Below are positions 1 to 11,100 of a DNA stretch of 64,000 nt, one piece after another. A program made the position numbers and the translations under genes. This DNA comes from Anthoceros angustus (lineage: Eukaryota > Plantae > Anthocerotophyta): assembly GCA_010909165.1 (NCBI GenBank), contig MU008151.1, positions 620,001 through 684,000 of the forward strand, in the 5' to 3' direction. Below the pieces are notes generated by a model. That model made no database searches. It was not told where the DNA came from and worked only from the letters and a program-made list of their open reading frames with translations. Numbering within the stretch: position 1 is the stretch's first letter; every line of letters begins with the position of its first letter.

Positions 1-299
1 TCACCCTCTTAACTTCACCTCTCTCATTGCATTGTTTATAGATTCCCTCATGCAATTGCAACATGGTACTTAAGGACCCTCTCTCTCTTCTCCGAGTCCC
101 ATCTTTATTACACCCCATTGGGAGTACAATTAGTTAATGTTTTTCCTAAACTCTTCTTTTGCGCTCTCTCTTAACAACTATTTGTTAATGGTTGCCAGAC
201 ACGAATATCACACTTAAGGCATGCACCTTTAAAGGTGACCTAAACATAATATTATTTACCTATGTCTAAGTTAAGTGGGTCCGAGGCTCACTCTGTGTT

Positions 300-450
300 C
301 GGAGGCAAGGAGAAGGAGGGGGAGAGGAGCAGAAGGGGGAGAGGAGGGGGAAGAAGAGGAGGAGAGGAGGAAGGGGAGAGGCAAGGAGGAAAGGGGGGAG
401 ATGGATCTGAGGTAGAGGAGGAGGAGGAGTAGGAGGAGGAGGAGGAGAGA
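300..450. repeat. Polypurine (GGA/GA)n tract
   Basis: Almost pure G/A stretch with repeated ggagga units directly before the 484-bp array. Confidence 0.8.
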
Positions 451-1870
451 ATTTTTCAGCCCGCTGTGACATGATGTTGGTGAAGGGATGGTGGTGGGGC
501 GCGGGATCACGTGTCTGACCGCAGCATCTTGAGCATTGCAAGGTCGGCCAGACTGTTCCAATACGTGATTTCCTCTCAAATTTTTCAGCATTGCTATGTA
601 ACTAGCTAGTGCTTGATTTGATGTTAGAGAAGGCGATAGTAGCATGGCGAGGTGTCTCGTGTGCATGTACAAGCGCAAGTAGTTGCAAGGTCGCCAAGAC
701 CCATTCCATCGTTATTTCTTATCTCAAATTTTGTGATGCGTAACTGACTATGATGTGAAGTTAGGGAAGGCGATGGAAGAATGGAGGGTTTCATGTACAT
801 GTATAGTGCAAGGTGAGGCCAAGACCCATTCAATGCTTTGTGATTTTCTACCTCAAAATTTTATTTGATACGTGATCACCTTTGTGATGTGACATTAGAA
901 GCGATGCTAGTAGGAGGAGGAGGAGGAGAATTTTTCAGCCCTGTGACATGATGTTGGTGAAGGGATGGTGGTGGGGCGGGATCACGTGTCTGACCCATAG
1001 CGAGATCTTGCGAGCATTGCAAGGTCGAGGCCAAGACACTGTTCCAATCTTGTGATTTCCTCTCAAATTTTTCATTTGTTGCGTAACTAGCTAGCGATTT
1101 GATGTTAGAAGGCGATAGTAGCATGGCGGTGTCTCGTGTGCATGTACAAGCGCAAGTAGTTGCAAGGTCGAGCCAAGACCCATTCCATCTTTGTTATTTC
1201 TTATCTCAAATTTTTGTGATGCGTAACGGACTATGATGTGAAGTTAGGAAGGCGATGGAAGAATGGAGGGTTTCATGTACATGTATAGGCTGCAAGGTGA
1301 GGCCAAGACCCATTCAATGCTTTGTGATTTTCTACCTCAAAATTTTATTTGATACGTGATCACCTTTGTGATGTGACATTAGAAGCGATGCTAGTAGGAG
1401 GAGGAGGAGGAGAATTTTTCAGCCCTGTGACATGATGTTGGTGAAGGGATGGTGGTGGGGCGGGATCACGTGTCTGACCCATAGCGAGATCTTGCGAGCA
1501 TTGCAAGGTCGAGGCCAAGACACTGTTCCAATCTTGTGATTTCCTCTCAAATTTTTCATTTGTTGCGTAACTAGCTAGCGATTTGATGTTAGAAGGCGAT
1601 AGTAGCATGGCGGTGTCTCGTGTGCATGTACAAGCGCAAGTAGTTGCAAGGTCGAGCCAAGACCCATTCCATCTTTGTTATTTCTTATCTCAAATTTTGT
1701 GATGCGTAACGGACTATGATGTGAAGTTAGGAAGGCGATGGAAGAATGGAGGGTTTCATGTACATGTATAGGCTGCAAGGTGAGGCCAAGACCCATTCAA
1801 TGCTTTGTGATTTTCTACCTCAAAATTTTATTTGATACGTGATCACCTTTGTGATGTGACATTAGAAGCG
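430..1870. repeat. Tandem array, about 3 copies of a 480-484-bp unit with three internal subrepeats
   Basis: The marker tttttcagcc recurs at about 452, 931 and 1415, and the ORF track gives identical ORFs at 876 and 1360. Each unit holds three TGCAAGGT..CCAAGAC..CTCAAATTTT cores (about 1017, 1161 and 1291 in unit 2). Confidence 0.95.
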
Positions 1871-3899
1871 TAGGCGGTCTTGGGTGAATAGGGGTGACAA
1901 GGCCGTGAAGCGGTAGGAGGGATGTGTTTAGAGGGCCAAATCTAGGTCTTTAGCACAAAGAAGGCGAGTGTCTTGTCACCGGCCAAATGTGAGACATGTG
2001 TTGAGTGTGGGCGGTGAAAACAACACAAGGGAGTGGAAGAGGCGGGTGGCGGAGGAGGATAGGAGTGGAGCAACCAAGCAAGCTGACCATGGTGAGCGAG
2101 GGGCAAAAGCGCGTGGCGGACATGAGGCGTTGTCTAGGGAGAGAGAAGGAAGGAGGACTTGGAGCCAAACAACCCCTGGCGCATAACAAACATGGGTCAC
2201 GCGTAGCACAAACTCAAAAGGCACAAAGGCCGAGAACAAGGTCTCCTTAGGATGGTGACGGCTCTGGTCACTAGTTGGAAGGGTGGACACGGGTCTAAAG
2301 GTTCACAAAAGCCACCCAAAACCATGTTTTCTGATTTCATTAAAAAATCAACCCCGACATCTAGGAGCAAATCATAGAGGATCTGTTTTCCGTGTTTGTA
2401 TGTCGCATCTCATATTAGTTTGGCTAACCAGTGGTACATTGCCTATAAATGCGATTTGAAAATCGGGCAATTTTGTATGGACAACCAAAAGGCAACGCGC
2501 AATGGAAAGTCCACGTGTGTTGCATGTGTCCACCGTCATGGTCGCCTCTGCATTAGTGGGAGGGTCGTGGTGGCACGGGCGTTACGTGCATAAACCTTGC
2601 ATCTCACCGCCCAATGTCGGTAGCGGGAGGAGGAAGATTTCGGACGCCTACGCTCATGTCATACACTGCGAGCGCGACCCCGTCTGCGAATCGTTTGGAA
2701 GTGGCTTGCCGCGCCTCGGGCATGCGATGGAGACCTCACCTCGACGGTACCTCGAGCGAGAATTCCACATGGGCGATGGAAATTGGAAGTTGCCCGGTGG
2801 TGGCAATCACAACATGGGCGGGTTCCTTTCAAGCACGCTGGAGTGATCCCGGCCCTTCATTGCTTGGTCCTTAAGGAATTTGGTTGAGGCGGGTGGCGGT
2901 GCAAACTCGCGACACTTGTTAGCGTGTTGATCAACACACTGGATTCCACTCGGGGTTGGGCGGTGTGAATGGTGTGGAGGGCAAGGAGCACGACATGTCC
3001 AGTGTACTTGCGGTGGTCAAGGATAAAATTGGAGAAAGTCATATTGCTACATGTGTGTACCTGAGGCGGTGTTAGTGCGGCTATATGTGAAAGCAGTTGA
3101 ACATCGTTGTGTTTAGTTGGATTGTCACATGACATCCATTGTCATCTTAAATACCGGTTTTATCTCGTGGGTTTACAACATACATAGTCTTCCTAGCGAG
3201 ATTAGGAAACGATTTGGCGATTGTATTGATCGCTGCATGCATGCGAATGGACGCCGCGCTTCTTTGAAATCGGTCCGTTGTTTAAAATCCATACCTTGCA
3301 CGATTGTGCGACCAGGCGCCCATGAGCTCGCTCATCAAACACCGGCGGCAATCATCGAACACATTCTCGAATCGTCACCACTCCCATGCTTCCTAGCTTG
3401 CGTGCTCCACCAGCCGTGTTCGTTGTCTAGAGTGCCTCCGGGGACCTTGCCGCTGATGTGTTTGTTGTGTTCATAGCGCTTGCATGCACGTTCTACCAGT
3501 GCGAGATACCACCGGTCTCCGTGCTTAAGACCACCGGTCCTCCTACGAATCCTCGAAACAAACACGTAGCCTATCCACGCACGACACACCTCGATCAGAA
3601 GCAAAGTTTTCCAATCCTACATCCCCACCATCGCATCAAGCACAGGAGGGTGCTCTTCGCCTCCTTCACTTGCTCCGCATCCCCAAGGACCATTGAGTTG
3701 TCGCTGCGTGCTTCACCACTTGCCATATGACCCTTGGTCTCGGGCTTCCTCGTTGGTCTCTGCTTCAACGACACATATGAACCCCGAGCACCATGTTGTT
3801 CACCATGGGCTCCTTATTGAACGTCTTTCCGCCTCCATAGAGCTCCTCGCCCACCTCCTCCTCTTCCGTCGGTGTCCATGGAATTGATTCAAGGTCCAT

Positions 3900-4470
3900 G
3901 AATTGAGCGCACTGGGATCCACATCAGCGAAATGACATTACGGCATAAGCGAGCAGTGCTATCATACCCGACCCCGATCCCGTCGCACCCAATCTCCCTC
4001 TCATGTCTGGTGAATCAACCTCTTCAAGAGTCTTAGGGGCTTCGATAGGGGAAACAACCCGATCATCCGCGTGTTGTAACACAATTTTAGTTCCGCCGTT
4101 AAACAAACGTTGTCACTCCACCGCCAAGTTGCGTCGGTTCTCGAGCACAAGCGGTTGAGGCACACAATCCTTATCCAAGCTCCTGCGGCGCAAGTGAAAA
4201 GTCCCGCATCGTCGGCTCCGACAATCTTTGTCACATTGGTTTTATGCCGATCATGTCAAATCACCGCACGCTTCCATCGACTTCTCTAACCATAGATGTG
4301 TCATCCGAGAATGGAAGACCACAATACGAAATACAGGATGTGGTGATGCCTTTGAACCCATGATGACCCCTTCAAACTCGCCTTGGTAAATCTTGTGTCA
4401 TACTCTCGTGATTGGGGATCTAGATCCAAGCCTCGGGAGGTCTAACAACAACAAAGCATACGGTCGGGGC
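3900..4470 (-). pseudogene. Beta-class N6-adenine/N4-cytosine DNA methyltransferase domain (frameshifted)
   Basis: Frame-stitched translation gives RPYALLLLDLP(Y)GL (motif IV-like; DLP at 4434-4442), then HKTNV, then KPLRLLKRLIHQT-EGDWV..GSGSGMIA..R.NVISL.D (motif X/I-like, about 3910-4040). Motif IV before motif I is the beta-class order. Confidence 0.6.
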
Positions 4471-5399
4471 TCTACAAACCGGGCCATGTTCACTATGTTC
4501 CCACAGATCCCGACCTTGGGTTTTTCGGCTTGGAGTCGTTCACGATTGTCATCACTTATCCTCGGTGTGGTCGATTTCAAGGCACGTTGCGACTCCTCCA
4601 TCGCTTCCAAGCTCGGCCTTGAATATGTGCTCCTTGAAGTTCTCGGTAGGGCACCCCACTCAAGGCAAGTGTTGGCACGCGCACATGAAAGACACATCCC
4701 CACCGGTCAAATGCAAGCGGGCGTTCTCGTTCGAATGTACGGTGTGAATGCCTCCACTTTCCATGACTTATAAGGACAAGAAGCAGAGAAACTCGATTTG
4801 GGTATAGCTAAGTGTTCATCGAGGACCCGGTTTTTGAAGGCGGTGGAAGTTACTAATTTGATTCACCATGCGATGTCGGGATATCGTTCTGAACCTCTTC
4901 AAATGTCTCACAGTGCAAATGCTTGGCGATGTCACATGGATGAGGTTGAGTTTTTGGCCTTGTCCACCCACACGAACATTTGTTTCAATGTCAATTCTCC
5001 AGGACTTTCATGCATCTCTTCAAGTTGTTGTTCCCAGTACGGTATTCGATGCCACGAAACACTTCCATACCCTCACCGTATACTAAGCTCCTTTGTGTCA
5101 ATGACCAAGTTTGCTCTAACTTGTTGTCTTCCTTGAATTCCTGCGGCCTTTTGTGAGAGCCCGAGCTTCCACTCAGCTTTCGTCTCCCACTTCTCAAAGA
5201 TTTCATCCACGTACTTCCACACCTCATCATCAACCTTCGCAACACAATAATCCAGTGTCCGGTTATCCACGAGGCGGTGATAGCTGACCTTAGGTCCATG
5301 CTTGGCTGCATCCCACTTAGGAACCCTGCCCAGCCGGGCATATATCTCCAACTTCCAGTCTAAGTCACACTTCAGCCCATCAGCTAGCCTGGCCTTCAT

Positions 5400-5790
5400 C
5401 TCAGTTCTGATGTACCTCACACGGTCGATGAAAGTAAAAGTCTTCACGGCATCCGCAATGGTGTTGTGATCGTGGCAACTAACCTCATCTCCTCATTTGT
5501 GAGGCCCGGCAGAACATATGCATCCATCCACATACTCTTGAACCAATGGATACAAGTCGGCTAGTCTAGATCGCTGGAAGGAATGATTCCTCCCAATACA
5601 TAAAATTTGTACACCCCGATCCACCTTATCCATGTCAAAGAAGTTCTTGTTGGGACCGGGGGTCTACAATGACAATCATGGGCAGCACACCACCACGTGG
5701 AATGCTTCATCTTTTGCATCAAAGCCTCCACCCAAGCGGTCTAGCTTACGTACCTTGCCAAACCGACATAGTTCTTCCGGAGGTCTACAA
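5400..5790 (-). pseudogene. ParB/Sulfiredoxin-like domain (frameshifted), upstream of the MTase domain on the same strand
   Basis: Stitched translation gives VRKLD..WVEALMQKM..GGVLPMIVIVDP..YKFYV(L/I)GGNHS..GLTNEEMRLVA.HDHN..AVKTFTFIDRVRYIR, resembling the ParB/Srx core and its following helices. It continues into ORF 5073..5447. Confidence 0.5.
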
Positions 5791-6079
5791 GCTGATGGAC
5801 AGCTTTAACGTGGACTCCCATACTCTCTTTTCCAATTGCCTCCCTCGCAACATCTCTCGCCTCACCCTCGTGCTTTGTCGTCATCCGTGGCCTGACCGCC
5901 CTTGGCCTTCTCTATGAACTTTGGGAGCTCTTCGCCCCTCTCGGACATCATGTGCCATTCGTTGCTTCGCCGCGCTTGTTGACCTTCCCACCCGCCGTCC
6001 TCCGCGATTGCGGCCTCTCAATCCCTTCCCTCTTTTCCTCGATTGTCTACCCACTTATCGGGTACGGCTTGAACCCTTC

Positions 6080-6480
6080 GGTGCCATGGAGACCCAAATC
6101 CCGGTCCGTTGCATCCACCTCCATCGTCATCTTCCACGTCTTCGTCGGGGCTGGATATGATCCACCGGCCTCGGGCCATCGGCCCGAATGCCATCGCCAA
6201 ACCCCTCATTGTCCTGGTCCCCACCCGCATCCTCATCTTCGTCTTCGTCGGCTAGAGAGGTTAGGGTGACATCATCGCGGCCATGGGCGGACCCAAATCC
6301 CGGTCCGTTGCATCCACCTCGCCCCATCGTCATCTTCCACGTCTTCGTCGGCCGGCTGGATATGATCCACCGGCCTCGGGCCATCGGCCATGCCATCGCC
6401 AAACCCCTCATTGTCCTGGTCCCCACCCGCATCCTCATCTTCGTCGGCTAGAGAGGTTAGGGTGACATCATCGCGTGACC
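6080..6480. repeat. Direct duplication of about 200 bp encoding an acidic linker on the minus strand
   Basis: ccaaatcccggtccgttgcatccacct occurs at about 6094 and 6293. The minus strand reads DEDEDEDAGGDQDNEG. Confidence 0.9.
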
Positions 6481-8199
6481 ATGGGCTAGGAAAAACCAGC
6501 GGCTCGGAGTGTGGGCGGACTGTTGCTTGGACTCAAGCACCGGACGTCCGTGGCACGCAACCCTCTTACCAAGAAGCTTTCATTTCGCAAACTAGTTCTT
6601 TGAAGCGTGTCCGGAATTATATTTTGTGCCACCACCTTTTGTTGCGTTTTGCGGCGCGGATCATGCATATCGATGGCGGTTGCCAACGACACACTGCAGC
6701 GGATGGATTTACTGATCCCATTCCGCACTAGGAGTTGCCATTTGATTTCCACTCGCGGATGCCATGCTAGGGGCCTTCTGCGCAGATATGCCCTTTCGAT
6801 GTAAGCAATGCATCATCGCACACCTTCTAAACATTGCTGGTGCAAAGCCTTGTGGAAGACACGATGTCCATCACCGTGTCGCAATGCCTCCAAAAGTTCT
6901 TGCCTTTTCCGCTCTGGTTGGCACGCCACAATGTCAAAGTTCTTCACCGCAGACCGTATACTCTAATCCATTGCGGGTCCAGAAGAGGCTCCTTGTGCTT
7001 GAGCCGGATCAATATAGCGTACACACTCATCCTTCATGATGCGTGAAAACAAGCGCTCCCGCACATTTCTTTTGGCTGGTGTGGTTCGCATCATCCTCCA
7101 TCGACACATACAAGAAGAGCAAGTCTTGATTGGGTCATTGTTGCCTTGTCCAACTTCTCTTTGTAATGTCAAATGGCGAGATCATCTTGTACATCCGGTG
7201 GATCAAGTCAATATCGGACCGCTTGTAAGGACTCGGAAAGATGCCTTGGTCGTGAGGATGCTCTTGTGGAAAGACCCGCATCGGTGGCGCGATTTGAGTT
7301 GTCCTTGGAGTCCGGCTGGGTCAGGCTCTCGCCTCGTTCAAGGCACATGAGTCTGCCCTTCCGTCGCCTTTTTTCTCCACCGGTCTGCGATTTGTTGGAG
7401 TCATTCTTCCGCTTGAGCCCTTGGAGGAGCCATTCATATGCAACTATGAAAGAAGTGAGATCACGAAGTGTTTAGATTGTTAAAAGTCGATACACGCATG
7501 AGCTGCAACTTCTCGAACACGGGGCGATCGTGTGCAAGCGGAGTTGAGTTGATGCTCACAGACTAGCCCGGCTGCACCCTCGAGAACAGAATTGCAGCTG
7601 ATGAGGAGGTCGGCAGTGTCACTCTCATGCCGCGCCCCGATGGACAAAGTGCGGTGTGTGAGCGACCGTTTTCTCCGGTCGGCAATCTCTTGCTTTTCCG
7701 CCCACATAAGCTAGATGGAAATACACATCTTCCCGCGAGAATGAATCTATACCATCCGAGAAAGGGAAGGTCATGTCATGAAGGAAGACACAGGCAAGCG
7801 AGCTCAGTAATCAAGCAACTCCTTAAATGCTTTGTCGCCGTCGTGTTTTGCCATTGTCGGCTAATGTGGCAAATGCAAATTTGAGCATATTCTAAGGTAT
7901 ATGCTAGTTATGCCAGCTAAAATAGTGTTCGTGGCATAACGATGGGCACCTAGAGTGATTCGGCATCCACCGACTAGCGTACACGGCCGTTTCCTACCAC
8001 CGCAAAGTGGGCACCTCGACTTCATTGCGGCATTTAGTGCGAAGGCTTATTTCGCAAGCCCGGTGTCGAGTCTTGCGCATCCACTTCTCATCCACCTTGC
8101 GCATCCCTCCTCCTCCCTGGGCGTCACGCCTCCGTGTGAGAGCAATGGCCAACGGCGGCGAAGGCGTGTTCGATTTTACAAATTTCGGCCGGCGGGTCG

Positions 8200-11100
8200 A
8201 TGCATGTCATTCCGAACGGGTGGCCATGAGTCGGCGACTCAATTGTTGATCTCGGCGATGATGCACAACCCCGTCGTAGTTTTAGAGGATGATTCACGAG
8301 CTATGGCGGCCGCGTCGGAGCATAGTCCTTGAAGAGACACCGGTGGCAGACTTCACAACGGTGGAAGCGATGGCGATGTGCGTGTTCCGATATGGAGGAG
8401 CGGAGGATATGGTTGCCGGTGATGGGGACCTTTTTCTGCGATCCGGGTGCGATGCAGGCGGAGAGGATCGCAAGAGGAGCTCGTGCGGGCGTTTAACCGG
8501 ATGTCCGGTGCTCGACGCCGCGGCGAGGCGGCCGTGTGCCACCGAGGCGGCACGGCACCATCCATCCGGACTTCTTGATCACCCGGTGGCGGCGAAGATG
8601 TACCTGGCGCATTTGGGCGGAAACCGGATAACACCGGACGCCCTGCCGGACAAGGTCGGCCTCCGGCGGATCTTTGTGGCGGGTCAGAATACTATCGAGA
8701 ATGTGCTACACCAGGCAGGAGCACTGGGCAAGACTCTGATGTGGAGAGTGTTGCAGAGTCTCCGGACTTTGGTGAGAAGATCCACATTGTTGATTTTGGG
8801 CTTGGCTTGGAAACAATATCGCACGCGGGTGATGGCGGAGTTGCAAGTACTGGGAGTCGTCCAAGAGCTAATGTGGTCCGTGGTCCCGGATCTTTGTTTG
8901 GTGATTGTGATGCCATCCGGTTGGAGTTGCCTGAGATGATGCCTCGCGCACCAAAGCCAAAGGTGAGGATCTGCGTGCAACAGCTGCAGCGTTGCCAAGC
9001 GTAAAGTACCTCCGGCCGAGCTAGAATGGATTTGGTCTTAGAGAAGCATTGTTCGGGGCCAAGTTGTGCGATTTAAAGCGGCATTGTTGTGACAAAAATG
9101 TTTAGAGCGTGTTGGCCATTCAAATTGAAGGTGATTCGTGTAGCATTCTTCCGCATGACAAAAGGAGAGCGAGGCAGCATTTGCAAGACCATGGATCGAT
9201 CGAAGGCGAAGAGGAGTTGTTGCCCATAGTATGGATAAACCGGATTCCACATGGGAAGAAAGCAGTGTGTGTGAGGGCTTTTCGGGTTTTACGCATTGGG
9301 TCACTAAGATACAAGAATGCAAACCGGGTAGTGAAAAATGTTAGATGGACCGTAGGCTACGGTCTATAGCAACGCCATATGGATTACACGTCATGTGGAT
9401 GGACGTTTTCTTCAAAGGCTGTGTGGAAAGATTGCCGAATCGGGAAGTCTTCAACTTGCCGACTCGTACGAAGAGGAGATCTTCATTGAGTATGCGGTGA
9501 GCATCGATGTGCTCCCACGTTTATTCTGACTACTTTTGCAAGCTTTGGATGAAGTATTTCCGGTTAAAATACCACGGTTGCGGTTTTCGATCTGTCATGC
9601 GATGACCTAAAGAGGAAAATAAAAAGGTCGGATCACGTACAAGGTGAGATGGCGGTCCTTATTCCAGTGTCACGGATGTCCCGCCGAACTTTGGCGCAAC
9701 CCCATGGCCTCATACCCTTTTCTTGCGAATGAAGCGGCAGGGCTTGAAACAAACCGTGTGCACATTGCCGACGCCCTTATTGTTGCGTGTGCAGACAAGA
9801 ATGTGGAGCTCAGACTCCACAGAGAACAACAACAGAAGGAGCGCGCGAAAATGGCGCGGCACCGGCACAAGTGCTTGGGCGGCTAAGTTCATTGGTATTG
9901 CCATAGATGGTATGGACCAAAAAAGCGAGTTGCCCCATTCAGATTGCCAAAAGGCGGTTGATTCCGGAGCCCTTGTCGGGCTTCACGTTCTAGGTGTCTG
10001 GTGTTCAACTACTTGGTGCGCACGAGTGTATTTGAGTTTCCGAATGTGAGAAATGATCCGAGCAGCTGTGTGATTGACATGTTATCAATACGGAGGCCGC
10101 TCCCCTATTCTATACTTGCGGATGGACAACACTGCTCAAAACAAGAATCGAGGTATTGGCATATCTCCATGCTTGTGGCGAAGGTATCTTCAAAAATCAA
10201 GGTGGGGTTTCTTCTTGTTGGCCATACCACGATCATTGACCAAATGTTTTCGAGGTTCTCGGTTGTGCTAGGGTTGAAGGATGCTTTCACTTGAAATGAT
10301 AGGGTTCTTTGGAGCGGGCGTACACCCCATCACCGCAGATTCACATCTTGAAGGAGGTGCGGACTTCAAGACCTATCTATGGCCGAAGGGGATCGTCGCA
10401 GCGTATGACTTGCATAATCACGATTTTCAACACCAGTTCAAAATAACAAGGAGAAGCTGCTATCAGGAGAGGACGTGACTGTGCTAAGATGTAAGGAGTT
10501 TTCAAGTTCGATCACCGTCACCGGAGGGTGGTGTGCGGCTATTACGTTCAGGTGCCACCACGGGTGATTGTGGCGCTCCATTGTTGCCGTTGGTCCCATC
10601 ACATGCCCAAGGTAAAGGAAAGGGACATGCAAAGCGGAAGGATGCCCCGATGGCGGTAGTGGTAGTGTAGTGGCGAGTCCATGAAGTAAAAGCGGGCCTA
10701 GAACGCAGCGACATATGAATGTGGAGCAACTAGCATGGTGGGATACGTTCGGGATGAGCAGTAGCAATAGCCGAGAGACTAGCGGTGGCATTCCATTCCG
10801 TTGGAGCAGAATGGTCTTGGTACACTCGCGATGAAGAAAACGAGGCACCACCAGACCCTCCAGACTCAACTTTGGTTGATCCGCAATGGCAGATTTTTGG
10901 ACATGGTGGAGGTGTACACAGCACAGCGTGCGGAGGGAGGGCAAGGCGAGGCTCGGTCGAGGTTGTGTGAAGGAGATTGAGGAGGGAATGATGGTTCTGT
11001 CAAGCGGGATGATCCAGGGCGACCATTCGGCTCGCAAAAGTGGTGGAGGTGGACCATGATGTTGGGGTCCCTTTCATGATAGTTCATTGGTGGCGGACAG

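Noticed and set aside
266-1796. ORFs within the 484-bp array and GGA tract
   Set aside because: They are low-complexity by-products of the repeat with no protein motifs.
430-1870. CRISPR-like array
   Set aside because: The segments between the cores are themselves repeated from unit to unit, the cores are long and degenerate, there are no cas genes and the context is eukaryotic.
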